From: Candidatus Latescibacterota bacterium
Lineage (GTDB): Bacteria > Latescibacterota > UBA2968 > GCA-2709665
Assembly: GCA_963667175.2 (NCBI GenBank)
Contig: CAXXXF010000004.1
Location: forward strand, 224,001 to 288,000
Length of the DNA: 64,000 nt
Direction of reading: 5' to 3'
This document shows, one piece after another, positions 19,440 through 29,618 of the stretch. Below the pieces are notes generated by a model. The model saw only the letters and a program-made list of their open reading frames with translations, ran no database searches and was not told the origin of the DNA. A program made the translations under genes and the position numbers. Positions within the stretch are counted from its first letter, which is position 1; each line of letters opens with the position of its first letter.

Positions 19440-19483
19440 ATGTTCCGTCCCGGAACGCAAAGCGGCGCCCTGCAGGAGGGAGA

Positions 19484-20011
19484 ATGGAGCAGATCTTCTT
19501 TTTTGTCTTCGCCGCAATCGCGCTGGTTGCGGGCGTGCTCCTCGTCGCGTTTCGAAATCCGGTCTACAGTGCCCTGTCTCTGGTGGCTGCGTTCTTCGCC
19601 CTGGCGGGGCTTTTTGTTTTGCTGAACGCCTATTTCCTGGCGGCGGTGCAGATCATCGTGTATGCCGGCGCGATTATGGTACTCTTCCTGTTCGTGATTA
19701 TGCTTCTGAACCTGGGCCATGCCGGCGCACTCGAGCGCGTGGCGGGCAAATACCGGCGCGTCGCGGTGGTATTGCTGGCGGCGGTTCTGGTGGCGCAACT
19801 CGGCTTCATGGCGGGACGACATTGGGCGGGCACGCCGGTATCCGACGAGGCGCCGCTGTTTACCGACAACGTCAATGCCATCGGCAAACTGCTCTATACC
19901 AGGTATCTGTTCCCCTTCGAAGTGGTTTCCCTGATTCTGCTGGTCGCGTTGATCGGTGTGATGGTCATGGTGAAACGGGATCGTGGAGGCGGAGAAAGCC
20001 GATCCCGTTAG
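19484..20011 (+). CDS. nuoJ: NADH-quinone oxidoreductase subunit J
   Basis: NPVYSAL, QIIVYAGAIMVLFLFVIMLL, YLFPFE. AGGAGG RBS before ATG 19484. Confidence 0.95.
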   Translation: MEQIFFFVFAAIALVAGVLLVAFRNPVYSALSLVAAFFALAGLFVLLNAYFLAAVQIIVYAGAIMVLFLFVIMLLNLGHAGALERVAGKYRRVAVVLLAAVLVAQLGFMAGRHWAGTPVSDEAPLFTDNVNAIGKLLYTRYLFPFEVVSLILLVALIGVMVMVKRDRGGGESRSR

Positions 20012-20099
20012 AAGCGACAGCAATTCCGGGCGCACGCTCCCGTCCCGCTGTTCGTCCAGATGACGAATTCTTAGACAGCTTCTTGACAGCGAGATCGAG

Positions 20100-20405
20100 A
20101 TGGCCGTTCCGGTTACCTATTACCTGATACTGAGCGCGATGCTCTTTGCGATCGGTGTGACGGGCGTACTGATTCGTCGCAATGCGATCGTGATATTCAT
20201 GTGTATCGAACTGATGCTGAACGCGGTCAATCTGCTGTTCGTGACCATGGCGCGTTATATGGGATCGGGTTCCGGCCAGGTATTCGTGTTCTTCGTGATG
20301 GCGGTGTCCGCCGCCGAAGTTGCGGTCGGACTGGCGATTATCATTGCGCTATACAGGAACAGACAGACATTGGACGTTGGCGAAGTGAACCTGCTGAAAT
20401 GGTAG
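20100..20405 (+). CDS. nuoK: NADH-quinone oxidoreductase subunit K
   Basis: [19 protein letters not shown]. Confidence 0.96.
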   Translation: MAVPVTYYLILSAMLFAIGVTGVLIRRNAIVIFMCIELMLNAVNLLFVTMARYMGSGSGQVFVFFVMAVSAAEVAVGLAIIIALYRNRQTLDVGEVNLLKW

Positions 20406-20465
20406 GCGCCGCGTGACGGTGATACGGCAACCGCGATACTTCCGTCGGAATAAAGTGAGCTGGCG

Positions 20466-22325
20466 ATGCTGACCGTTGTGATTCTGATCATTCTCTTTCC
20501 GCTCGCCGGCGCCGCCGTAAACGGATTGTTCGGTCATCGGCTTCGGGAGGCGTCCGGGTACATCGGCGCCGCGGCGGTGGGGCTTTCGTGTGTACTGTCC
20601 CTGCGTGTTCTGCTCTGGGTGGCGGGCGGCGGAGAATTGAACGAAAACGTCTACACCTGGATTGCGGCCGGGTCGTTCAAGGCCGCCGTCGGGTTCCAGG
20701 TCGATGCCCTGTCGACCATCATGATCGTGACGGTTACGGCAATCTCGTTCCTTATCCATATATATTCTTTCGGATATATGCGCAACGACCCGGGGTTCGC
20801 CCGATTCTTTGCCTACCTGAACCTGTTTGTGTTTTCCATGCTGGTACTGGTGCTCGCGAACAATTATCTGCTGATGTTCGTGGGATGGGAGGGCGTTGGG
20901 TTGTGTTCATATCTCCTGATCGGCTTCTGGTACGAACGGAAGTCCGCTTCGGATGCGGGCAAGAAAGCGTTTATCGTGAACCGGATCGGAGATTTCGGTT
21001 TCCTGCTCGGCATTTTTCTGATGGTAAGCTACCTGGGCACGGTGCAGTACACCGAGGTATTCGCAAAGGCGCCGCTCCTGTTGTCCACGGGCGTCGCGAC
21101 GGCGATCGCGCTTCTGCTTTTCGTCGGCGCCTGCGGAAAGTCGGCGCAGTTTCCGCTCTACGTATGGCTGCCCGACGCTATGGAAGGCCCAACGCCGGTG
21201 AGTTCTCTGATTCACGCGGCCACGATGGTCACGGCGGGTGTCTATATGGTGGCGCGCTCGAACGTGCTGTATACGCTCTCCCCCGCCGCGGGGACCGTGG
21301 TGGCCTGGGTCGGTATCGCCACGGCGTTGCTGGCCGCGACCATCGCGCTGGTGAATACCGACATCAAACGGGTCCTGGCCTATTCGACCGTCAGCCAGCT
21401 GGGGTACATGTTCGTTGGCGTGGGCGTCGGCGCATATACGGCCGGAATTTTCCATCTGTTCACACACGCGTTCTTCAAAGGGCTGATGTTTCTGGCGGCG
21501 GGCAGTGTGATGCACGCGATGCAGGACGAACTGGATATGCGGAAGATGGGCGGGCTGTTGGGCAAGATGCGGGTGACCGGTGTCACGTTCTGGGTCGGCG
21601 CTCTCGCCATCGCGGGCATTCCGCCCCTGGCCGGATTCTGGAGCAAGGACGAAATCCTGGTGAGCGCGTACCGCTCCGGGAACGTGGCGATCTGGGCCCT
21701 GGGTGTCGCAGGGGCTGTGCTTACGGCATTTTACATGTTCCGGCTGATCTTTATGACATTCCATGGACAACCCCGCGACCGGCATCTGTACGAGCACGCT
21801 CACGAGTCTCCTTACAACATGACGGCGCCGCTGGTTTCGCTGGCGTTGGGATCGGCCCTGGTCGGGTTCGTGGGCGTTCCGCCCGGGCACGGCTGGATCG
21901 ATGCGTTCCTGAGCGATACGGCCGGAGCGGCTCACCATCCGGCGTCCGGCGGACTGTCAGGCGGGATGCTGGTGGGTATTTCCATTCTCGCGGGTCTGCT
22001 GGGAATCGGGTTCGCCTACCGGATGCACAGGGCAGGCCGGCTGGGAGCGGCGTCCTCGAATGCCCTTCATGGGCTGCTGGTTCGCAAATGGTACGTCGAC
22101 GAGATCTACCACGCCGTCGTCGTCCGACCGATTCATCGGCTTTCGCAGGCGCTGGCGCGTGTTCTCGATGCGATGGTGGTGGATGGGATCGTAAACGGTC
22201 TGGGCCTGCTGGTGAAAGGTTCGGGCTGGGTCGTCACCAGGTTTCAGTCGGGCAACGCGCCCACGTACGCGCTCTGGATGGTGATTGGCGTGGTTGCGGT
22301 GTTGTATTACGTGTCGGGGAATTGA
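20466..22325 (+). CDS. nuoL: NADH-quinone oxidoreductase subunit L
   Basis: GWEGVGLCSYLLIGFW, KSAQFPLYVWLPDAMEGPTPVS. Confidence 0.96.
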   Translation: MLTVVILIILFPLAGAAVNGLFGHRLREASGYIGAAAVGLSCVLSLRVLLWVAGGGELNENVYTWIAAGSFKAAVGFQVDALSTIMIVTVTAISFLIHIYSFGYMRNDPGFARFFAYLNLFVFSMLVLVLANNYLLMFVGWEGVGLCSYLLIGFWYERKSASDAGKKAFIVNRIGDFGFLLGIFLMVSYLGTVQYTEVFAKAPLLLSTGVATAIALLLFVGACGKSAQFPLYVWLPDAMEGPTPVSSLIHAATMVTAGVYMVARSNVLYTLSPAAGTVVAWVGIATALLAATIALVNTDIKRVLAYSTVSQLGYMFVGVGVGAYTAGIFHLFTHAFFKGLMFLAAGSVMHAMQDELDMRKMGGLLGKMRVTGVTFWVGALAIAGIPPLAGFWSKDEILVSAYRSGNVAIWALGVAGAVLTAFYMFRLIFMTFHGQPRDRHLYEHAHESPYNMTAPLVSLALGSALVGFVGVPPGHGWIDAFLSDTAGAAHHPASGGLSGGMLVGISILAGLLGIGFAYRMHRAGRLGAASSNALHGLLVRKWYVDEIYHAVVVRPIHRLSQALARVLDAMVVDGIVNGLGLLVKGSGWVVTRFQSGNAPTYALWMVIGVVAVLYYVSGN

Positions 22326-22374
22326 GACGATTCCGCGCAAGATAACAGTCCGTAGGCTGATAAGGAACTGAACT

Positions 22375-23895
22375 GTGCCTGGAATCCTGACAGGCTTGAT
22401 CTTCATTCCATTGATTGGCGGCGTGCTGGTCCTGCTTCTGGGTCGTGGACGCGACGGGTTGAGTCGCGCTCTCGCCCTGGCGGTGGCACTGGCGAATCTG
22501 CTGCTGTCCGTCTGGTTATATGCCGGATTCAGATCCGGCGCCGCGGGGATGCAGTTTGTGGAAAAAACGGAGTGGGTGGGGGCCTTCGGCATCTCCTATT
22601 TCGTGGGGATCGACGGAATCAGTCTCTTGCTGGTACTGGTGACGACATTGCTCACGTTCCTGGCGATTCTCGCATCGTGGACGTCAATAACGTCCCGCGT
22701 GCGGGAGTATATGGCTTCGATGCTTCTGCTGGAAACGGGGATGATCGGGGTGTTCTGCGCCCTGGATCTGTTCCTCTTATACGTGTTCTGGGAGGCCATG
22801 CTCATTCCGATGGTTCTGCTGATCGGCGTCTGGGGCGGAGAACGGCGGATCTATGCGGCGATAAAATTCCTGCTGTTTACCCTGGCGGGCAGTCTGTTGA
22901 TGCTCGTGGCGATTGTCTATCTCGGTCTGCGGTATGGCACCTTCGACCTGATGGCGCTGCAGAAGATGACGTATCTGCACCCGCAACAGCACTGGCTCTT
23001 CCTCGCGTTTTTCCTGAGTTTCGCGATCAAGGTGCCGCTGTTTCCACTGCATACCTGGTTGCCTGACGCGCACGTCGAGGCGCCGACGGCGGGCAGCGTG
23101 ATCCTTGCGGGGGTTCTTCTGAAAATGGGTACCTACGGGTTGATCCGCTTCTGCCTGCCGTTGTTCCCGATGGCTGCGCTGTACTTCACCCCGCATATCA
23201 TGGCGCTGTCCGTGGTCGGCATCGTGTACGGCGCACTGGTGGCTATGGTCCAGACCGATATTAAGAAACTCGTAGCTTATTCGAGCGTGAGCCACCTGGG
23301 TTTCGTGGTTCTGGGTATTTTCTCAATGAACGCCCAGGGCATGCAGGGCGGGATTATTCAGATGGTGAACCACGGGCTGTCAACAGGGGCGCTGTTCTTG
23401 ATTGTGGGCATGATCTACGAACGCCGTCATACGCGTCTCATCGCCGACTTCGGCGGGTTGGCCAGGACCATCCCGGTATTTGCGACGTTCTTCCTGATCA
23501 CGACGCTCTCTTCGATCGGCCTTCCGGGGCTGAACGGGTTTGTGGGTGAGTTCCTGATCCTTCTCGGCGCCTTTAAGGCAAGCATGACGCACGGCATCAT
23601 TGCTGCCTCCGGTGTCGTCCTTGCCGCCGTGTACATGCTGTGGATGTTTCAGCGTGTGGTGTGGGGCGAGGTGAAAGACGAACGAAATCGGAAGCTGGCG
23701 GACCTGTCCGTACGGGAATGGTTCATTCTGACGCCGCTGGTGGTCCTGATGTTCTGGATCGGCGTGTACCCGGGCGCGTTCCTGAAGAAGACCGAACTGT
23801 CTGCGAAAATGGTGATCGAACAGGTGCGCATCAGGCAGATTGAAAGCCTGAAAGATACCTTCGCTTCGGCACCCACACGCGGAAAAATCGAATAA
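22375..23895 (+). CDS. nuoM: NADH-quinone oxidoreductase subunit M
   Basis: KVPLFPLHTWLPDAHVEAPTAGS, GLPGLNGFVGEF. Confidence 0.96.
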   Translation: MPGILTGLIFIPLIGGVLVLLLGRGRDGLSRALALAVALANLLLSVWLYAGFRSGAAGMQFVEKTEWVGAFGISYFVGIDGISLLLVLVTTLLTFLAILASWTSITSRVREYMASMLLLETGMIGVFCALDLFLLYVFWEAMLIPMVLLIGVWGGERRIYAAIKFLLFTLAGSLLMLVAIVYLGLRYGTFDLMALQKMTYLHPQQHWLFLAFFLSFAIKVPLFPLHTWLPDAHVEAPTAGSVILAGVLLKMGTYGLIRFCLPLFPMAALYFTPHIMALSVVGIVYGALVAMVQTDIKKLVAYSSVSHLGFVVLGIFSMNAQGMQGGIIQMVNHGLSTGALFLIVGMIYERRHTRLIADFGGLARTIPVFATFFLITTLSSIGLPGLNGFVGEFLILLGAFKASMTHGIIAASGVVLAAVYMLWMFQRVVWGEVKDERNRKLADLSVREWFILTPLVVLMFWIGVYPGAFLKKTELSAKMVIEQVRIRQIESLKDTFASAPTRGKIE

Positions 23896-23955
23896 TCCGA
23901 ACCGGACAACAGACGCGTCCGGCCGTTGCGGCGCCCGGCGCGGAGGGAACAGGAT

Positions 23956-24441
23956 TTGAGAATCTTGCTGAGTCTGACCGTTGTGTTATTCGGAGTCTGG
24001 CTGCTCTGGTCGGGGCACTATTCCATCGACCGCTCGCTGGTACTCGCGCTCGGGGTCGTGTCCTGCCTGACGGTGGTCGCCATCGTCCGGCGGATGGGTA
24101 TCGTCGATTCCGAGGGACATCCGGTTCACCTCGCGGCTCGAGTACTGGGATACGTTCCGTGGCTTCTGTTGGTTATCGTCCGGTCCAATATCGACGTGGC
24201 TTTGCGAATACTGACGCCCGGAATGCCCATCAGCCCCACTCTGGTCCGAACCGGGACAAGCCAGAATCACGCGCTGGGAAGGGTCATTTACGCAAATTCC
24301 ATCACACTGACGCCCGGGACGGTTTCGGTGGAAGTGGAAGACGACGCGATTCTTGTTCACGCGCTTTCGCGTGAAGGCGCCGAAGAACTTCTGGACGGCG
24401 AGATGGACCGCCGTGTCACGGCAATGGAGGGAACCTCCTGA
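23956..24441 (+). CDS. mrpE: Na+/H+ antiporter subunit E
   Basis: ANSITLTPGT, LVHAL. Probable TTG start at 23956. Confidence 0.92.
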   Translation: MRILLSLTVVLFGVWLLWSGHYSIDRSLVLALGVVSCLTVVAIVRRMGIVDSEGHPVHLAARVLGYVPWLLLVIVRSNIDVALRILTPGMPISPTLVRTGTSQNHALGRVIYANSITLTPGTVSVEVEDDAILVHALSREGAEELLDGEMDRRVTAMEGTS

Positions 24442-24728
24442 TGTTTGCGGCGGCGATGGCGGCAGTCCTTATCACGATGGTTCTGGCGCTGATTCGAGCG
24501 ATCGCGGGTCCAACGGTTTACGACCGCGTCCTGGCCGCAAACATGTTCGGCACCAAGATGATTCTCCTGATTGCGGTGCTGGGTTTTCTGACGGGCCGGC
24601 CGGATTTTCTGGACCTGGCGCTGATCTACGTCCTGCTGAACTTCATCGGAACGTTCGCCGTGCTCAAGTACGTCCAATACGGCAATTTCGGGTCGGCGGA
24701 CGGCGAGGGCGGGGAGACTTCCAAATGA
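24441..24728 (+). CDS. mrpF: Na+/H+ antiporter subunit F
   Basis: GPTVYDRVLA, FLDLALIYVLLNFIGT. Confidence 0.92.
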   Translation: MFAAAMAAVLITMVLALIRAIAGPTVYDRVLAANMFGTKMILLIAVLGFLTGRPDFLDLALIYVLLNFIGTFAVLKYVQYGNFGSADGEGGETSK

Positions 24729-25036
24729 CGGTTCACGAAATTGCAAGCTGGGTCTGCCTGCTTTTGGGATCGTTTTTCTGTATCGTGGGCGGCATCGGGC
24801 TGATCAGACTTCCCAACGTCTACACTCGGACGCACGCCGCCGGAGTCACAGATACCCTCGGCGCAGGCCTTGTGCTGGTGGGGCTGATGATACAGGGCGG
24901 GTTCAGCATGGCAACCGTCAAGCTGCTGCTGATCCTTCTGCTTCTCTTGCTGACCAGCCCGGCATCCACCCACGCGGTCGCAAAGGCCGCCTACGCCTCC
25001 GGGTTGAAGCCTCTGCTTCCGGAGGACAAACAATGA
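24725..25036 (+). CDS. mrpG: Na+/H+ antiporter subunit G
   Basis: GLIRLPNVYTRTHAAGVTDTLG, TSPASTHA. ATGA overlap with mrpF. Confidence 0.92.
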   Translation: MTVHEIASWVCLLLGSFFCIVGGIGLIRLPNVYTRTHAAGVTDTLGAGLVLVGLMIQGGFSMATVKLLLILLLLLLTSPASTHAVAKAAYASGLKPLLPEDKQ

Positions 25037-25608
25037 CCATGATCGAGCTCATAGACGTTGTCCTGCTGGCGCTCCTGGCTGCCACCGCCGTCGCCGTCGT
25101 GCTCACCCGGAATCTTCTCGCCGCCGTGATTCTCGCCGGGATATTCAGCCTGCTTTCCGCCGGGTTGTTTGCCGTGATGGACGCCGTTGACGTGGCCTTT
25201 ACCGAGGCCGCAGTGGGCGCGGGCATCTCGACCGTGCTGCTGATCGGGACCCTTGCGCTGACAGCCCGGAAGGAAGCGAAATCGTCACGACCGTCTCCGC
25301 TGACCCTGCTGGCGGTCCTGGCGACGGGCGCCGTCCTGATTTACGGCACCCTGGACATGCCGCGGTTCGGCGACCCGGAAGCGCCGGTTCATACCCACGT
25401 CGCGCCCGAATACCTCAAGGATTCCGTGCCGCACGCGGGCGGTTCAGCAGCGCGCGTCGACGTTGAGAACATCGTGACGTCCGTGCTTGCCAGTTACAGA
25501 GGGTACGATACGCTTGGCGAGACCACCGTGATCTTCTGTGCGGGCGTGGGGGTGCTGCTGTTGTTGAAGGGAACCCGGCGGGGACGCGAACCGGAGGACG
25601 GACGGTGA
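25033..25608 (+). CDS. Mrp B'-type subunit (DUF4040 plus MrpA C-terminal-like part)
   Basis: AVDVAFTEAAVGAG and NIVTSVLASYRGYDTLGE. Confidence 0.88.
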   Translation: MTMIELIDVVLLALLAATAVAVVLTRNLLAAVILAGIFSLLSAGLFAVMDAVDVAFTEAAVGAGISTVLLIGTLALTARKEAKSSRPSPLTLLAVLATGAVLIYGTLDMPRFGDPEAPVHTHVAPEYLKDSVPHAGGSAARVDVENIVTSVLASYRGYDTLGETTVIFCAGVGVLLLLKGTRRGREPEDGR

Positions 25609-26024
25609 AGAATCAGATCATACCGCGGGTCATCGCCAAACTGTTTATCCCGCTGATCCTTCTGTTTGCGCTCTACGTCCAGTTTCACGGCGATTTCGGG
25701 CCGGGAGGCGGGTTTCAGGCCGGCGTGATTTTCGCCGCGGGCTTTGTTCTCTATACGCTGATTTTCGGCCTGGACGAGGCGAAGCGGGTGGCAGGGCCCG
25801 CGGTCGTGGAAATTGTCATCGCCCTCGGTCTGCTCCTGTATGCCTGCACCGGGGTCGCGGGAATGATGAAGGGCGGCCGCTACCTGGACTACGGCGTGCT
25901 TGGCGCGGATCCTGTGGCCGGTCAGCATCTGGGTATTCTCCTGATTGAACTGGGTGTGGGAATCACCGTGGCTTCTGTGATCATTGGGATCTTCTACGCC
26001 TTCGTCGGCAGGAATCGCGCATGA
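25605..26024 (+). CDS. mrpB: Na+/H+ antiporter subunit B
   Basis: HGDFGPGGGFQAG, IELGVGITV. Confidence 0.92.
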   Translation: MKNQIIPRVIAKLFIPLILLFALYVQFHGDFGPGGGFQAGVIFAAGFVLYTLIFGLDEAKRVAGPAVVEIVIALGLLLYACTGVAGMMKGGRYLDYGVLGADPVAGQHLGILLIELGVGITVASVIIGIFYAFVGRNRA

Positions 26025-26380
26025 CAGGATTCCCGGGCTTAACCAACTATTGGTTCGTCGTTGTCCTGATGATGATCGGGTTCTATGGGGTGATCGCCAG
26101 CGGCAACCTGATCAAGAAGCTGATCGGCCTGAATATCTTTCAGACCTCGGTCTTCCTGTTCTACATCAGTATGGGCAAGGTCTCCGGGGGGAGCGCGCCG
26201 ATTGTCGCGGAGGGCGTGCGCAGCTATTCCAACCCGCTGCCGCATGTGCTGATTCTGACGGCGATCGTCGTCGGCATCGCCACGACGTCTCTCGGGCTGG
26301 CGCTCGTCGTGAGGATCAGGGAAGCATTCGGCACCATCGAAGAAGAGGAAATCTACGGTCGGGGCGAGGAGACGCCCTGA
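26021..26380 (+). CDS. mrpC: Na+/H+ antiporter subunit C
   Basis: NLIKKLIGL, NPLPHVLILTAIVVG. Confidence 0.93.
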   Translation: MTGFPGLTNYWFVVVLMMIGFYGVIASGNLIKKLIGLNIFQTSVFLFYISMGKVSGGSAPIVAEGVRSYSNPLPHVLILTAIVVGIATTSLGLALVVRIREAFGTIEEEEIYGRGEETP

Positions 26381-27897
26381 TGGCCGTCCACCTGCCCATT
26401 CTGCAAATCGTGGTTCCCCTCATTGCCGCGCCGGTCTGCCTCCTGCTTCGGCGAAGAATGCTGGCCTGGGCATTCGCCACGGCCGTCGCGTGGGCGGTGC
26501 TGGGGATGACGGCCCTGCTGCTGATCCGGGTCCTGGATGCCGGTACCATCTCCTACGCGCTCGGAAGCTGGAGCGCCCCGTGGGGGATCGAGTACCGGAT
26601 CGATGCGGTCAACGCGTTCGTACTGCTCCTGGTGGCCTTCATCGGCGCCGTGGTGCTTCTGTACGCGCCACCCAGCGCCGCCCGTGAGATCCCGCATGAC
26701 CGCCACTATTTGTTTTACGCCGCATATCTCCTGTGCCTGACGGGCCTTCTCGGCATCGCCATCACCGGAGACGCGTTCAACCTGTTCGTCTTTCTCGAGA
26801 TTTCCTCCCTTTCAACCTACGCGCTGATCAGCCTTGGAGCAGACCGCCGCGCCCTGACGGCCTCGTACCAGTACCTGGTCATCGGTACCGTCGGGGCGAC
26901 GTTTATTCTCATCGGCGTGGGGCTCCTCTATATGGCCACGGGAACGCTGAACATGGCGGACCTCGCGGTACGTCTGGGTCCGGTCCTGGGCAGCAGGACA
27001 GTGCTGGCCGCGTTCGCGTTCCTCGGCGTCGGCCTGTGTTTGAAACTGGCGCTGTTTCCCCTGCACATGTGGCTGCCCGACGCGTATTGCTATGCGCCGT
27101 CCATGGTTACGGCCTTCCTCGCGGCAACGGCGACCAAGGTCTCCATCTACGTTCTCCTGCGGTTCGTCTTCACCGTTTTCGGACCGCGTTTCGCATTCGA
27201 TACGGTCGGATTGCAGGTGGTGCTGTTGCCGCTTTCGCTACTGGCCGTGTTCGCGGCCTCGGCGGTCGCCATTTTCCAGACGAACGTCAAACGCATGCTC
27301 GCCTGGTCCAGCGTTGCCCAGGTCGGTTACATCATGCTGGGAGTCGCCTTAGTGTCGGTGAGCGGCGCCGCGCCGGACGTGCGGTTCGGACCGGGGTCGT
27401 TGAATGGTCTCACCGCGGGAATCGCGCACGTGTTCAATCACGCCGTAACGAAGGGCGCGCTGTTCCTGTGCATGGGATGTATCGCCCTCCGCGCGGGCTC
27501 GGTGAATCTTGACGATATGCATGGTCTCGGACGCCGCATGCCGGTCACGACGGCCGCTCTCGTACTCGGCGGCCTGAGCCTGATCGGCGTCCCGCTTACG
27601 GTGGGATTCATCAGCAAGTGGTACCTGGTTCTGGCGGCCCTGGAGAAGGGCTGGTGGCCGGTCGCGGTTCTGGTCCTGCTGGGCTCCCTGCTGGCGGCGA
27701 TCTATGTCTGGCGGGTGGTTGAAGTCGCCTATTTCCGTAAGCCCGCAGAGCCCTCCGGGGTTAACGAGGCGCCGCTGCTGATGCACGTCCCAACGTGGAT
27801 TCTGATTGCGGCCACCCTGTATTTCGGGGTTTCGACGTCTTTCACCGTGGGCGTTGCCCGCCGGGCCGCCGGCTGGCTTCTGGGAGTCGCGCCATGA
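26380..27897 (+). CDS. mrpD: MrpD-family antiporter subunit (copy 1)
   Basis: GDAFNLFVFLEI, KLALFPLHMWLPDAY. TGATG overlap with mrpC. Confidence 0.9.
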   Translation: MAVHLPILQIVVPLIAAPVCLLLRRRMLAWAFATAVAWAVLGMTALLLIRVLDAGTISYALGSWSAPWGIEYRIDAVNAFVLLLVAFIGAVVLLYAPPSAAREIPHDRHYLFYAAYLLCLTGLLGIAITGDAFNLFVFLEISSLSTYALISLGADRRALTASYQYLVIGTVGATFILIGVGLLYMATGTLNMADLAVRLGPVLGSRTVLAAFAFLGVGLCLKLALFPLHMWLPDAYCYAPSMVTAFLAATATKVSIYVLLRFVFTVFGPRFAFDTVGLQVVLLPLSLLAVFAASAVAIFQTNVKRMLAWSSVAQVGYIMLGVALVSVSGAAPDVRFGPGSLNGLTAGIAHVFNHAVTKGALFLCMGCIALRAGSVNLDDMHGLGRRMPVTTAALVLGGLSLIGVPLTVGFISKWYLVLAALEKGWWPVAVLVLLGSLLAAIYVWRVVEVAYFRKPAEPSGVNEAPLLMHVPTWILIAATLYFGVSTSFTVGVARRAAGWLLGVAP

Positions 27898-29360
27898 CCG
27901 CGTCCGACGCCACGCTGATTGCCGTTCTGCTGCCCCTGCTCGGGGCCCCGCTGATCGGTCTTCTCGGTCAGAGGCCCAATCTCCGTGAGGCGGCCACGCT
28001 GGCAACCGGCGGCGTGCTTTTTTTCGTGGTTCTCTCCCTGGTTCCTGAAGTCATCTCCGGAGCGAGGCCGGGCATACAGATTCTCGAGGTGCTGCCGGGA
28101 CTCGCGCTGGCATTTGAAGTTGAACCCCTGGGCATGCTCTTCGGTTTGATCGCCTCTGGGCTCTGGATTTTGACGTCTCTTTATTCCATCGGGTACATGC
28201 GCGGGCATCACGAAACGCACCAGACCCGGTTTTACGTTTTCTTCTCGGTGGCCATCGCGGGCGCCCTGGGCGTTGCGTTTGCCCGCAACATGCTGACCCT
28301 GTTCATCTTCTACGAGATTCTGACCCTTTCGACCTACCCGCTGGTTACCCACCATCGTACGAAGGAGGCGCTGCGGTCCGGAAGGATATATCTGGGCATC
28401 CTGCTGGGCACGTCGGTGGGGTTGATGCTACTGGCGGTCACGTGGACCTGGAACCTGACGGGTACCCTGGAATTTGAACCCGGTGGAATCCTCGAGGGAA
28501 AAGCGAGTCCGGCCGTGGTGGGCCTGCTGCTGGCGCTCTATGCGTTCGGAACCGGCAAGGCCGCGCTGATGCCGTTCCACCGGTGGCTGCCGGCGGCGAT
28601 GGTGGCGCCAACGCCGGTGAGCGCCCTGCTGCACGCGGTGGCAGTCGTTAAGGCAGGTGTGTTTAGCGTGATGAAGGTTGTCGTCTACATCTTTGGCATC
28701 GACCTGCTCGCGAACACGGGCACAAGCCTGTGGCTGGCCGGTGTGGCGGCCGCAACGTTGCTGATTGCATCCCTGGTTGCGCTGACCAAAGACAATCTCA
28801 AGGCGCGTCTCGCCTATTCCACGGTCAGCCAGTTGTCCTACGTGATTCTCGGCGCGGCCCTGGCCAACAACTGGGGGATCATTGGCGGCTCCATGCATAT
28901 TGCGATGCACGCATTCGGTAAGATCACGCTGTTTTTCTGTGCCGGCGCCATCATGGTGGCCGCGCACAAGACGGAAATCAGCGAAATGGCAGGCATCGGG
29001 AAGACAATGCCGGTGACCATGTTCGCTTTTTTTGTGGGATCGCTGAGCGTCATCGGCCTGCCTCCACTTGGAGGTTCATGGAGCAAGTGGTACCTGGCGC
29101 TGGGCGCGGCGGATACCGGCCAGGTTATTCTCGTGGCCGTATTGATCGTCAGTTCGCTTTTGAACGTCGCGTATCTGATGCCGATCGTCGCGCGCGCGTT
29201 TTTTGCTGCGCCCGCCTCCGGGCCAGGGGGACCGACTCCCATACGGGAGGCCCCGGCGTTCTGCGTGGTTCCGCTTTGTTTGACGGCCCTCGGTTGTCTC
29301 GCGCTGTTCTTCGGCGCCGATGAGATCTACCGGTTGCTCGCGCCAATTGCACAACCCTGA
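27894..29360 (+). CDS. MrpD-family antiporter subunit (copy 2)
   Basis: KAALMPFHRWLPAAMVAPTPVSALLHAV. ATGA overlap. Confidence 0.88.
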   Translation: MTASDATLIAVLLPLLGAPLIGLLGQRPNLREAATLATGGVLFFVVLSLVPEVISGARPGIQILEVLPGLALAFEVEPLGMLFGLIASGLWILTSLYSIGYMRGHHETHQTRFYVFFSVAIAGALGVAFARNMLTLFIFYEILTLSTYPLVTHHRTKEALRSGRIYLGILLGTSVGLMLLAVTWTWNLTGTLEFEPGGILEGKASPAVVGLLLALYAFGTGKAALMPFHRWLPAAMVAPTPVSALLHAVAVVKAGVFSVMKVVVYIFGIDLLANTGTSLWLAGVAAATLLIASLVALTKDNLKARLAYSTVSQLSYVILGAALANNWGIIGGSMHIAMHAFGKITLFFCAGAIMVAAHKTEISEMAGIGKTMPVTMFAFFVGSLSVIGLPPLGGSWSKWYLALGAADTGQVILVAVLIVSSLLNVAYLMPIVARAFFAAPASGPGGPTPIREAPAFCVVPLCLTALGCLALFFGADEIYRLLAPIAQP

Positions 29361-29372
29361 CGGACGAAGCGT

Positions 29373-29618
29373 ATGGAACAAAGATCGAAAGACAGACTTG
29401 AGGGTGCCGGAATCGTAAAGAAGACGTGCCGGGTTCTCTATGCGGTCTGCGTCCTGCTGCTGTTGGCGGATGTTTTCATTCACAAACATACCCATTTTTC
29501 GGCCGAGCAATGGTTCGGATTTCATGCGTTTTACGGGTTTGTGGCCGCCGTCGTGCTTGTGCTGGCAGCCAGGGGGCTACGCGTGGTTCTGGGACGCAAG
29601 GAAGACTATTATGATTGA
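29373..29618 (+). CDS. small 2TM membrane protein within the Mrp cassette
   Basis: Two hydrophobic segments and C-terminal RKEDYYD. Overlaps the start of the next gene. Confidence 0.75.
   Translation: MEQRSKDRLEGAGIVKKTCRVLYAVCVLLLLADVFIHKHTHFSAEQWFGFHAFYGFVAAVVLVLAARGLRVVLGRKEDYYD

Noticed and set aside
20588-22345. 585-aa alternative-frame ORF overlapping nuoL, and similar long shadow ORFs (16294-17865, 38948-40228, 58347-60437)
   Set aside because: Arg/Gly/Ala-rich off-frame or antisense products of high-GC codon bias over well-supported genes.
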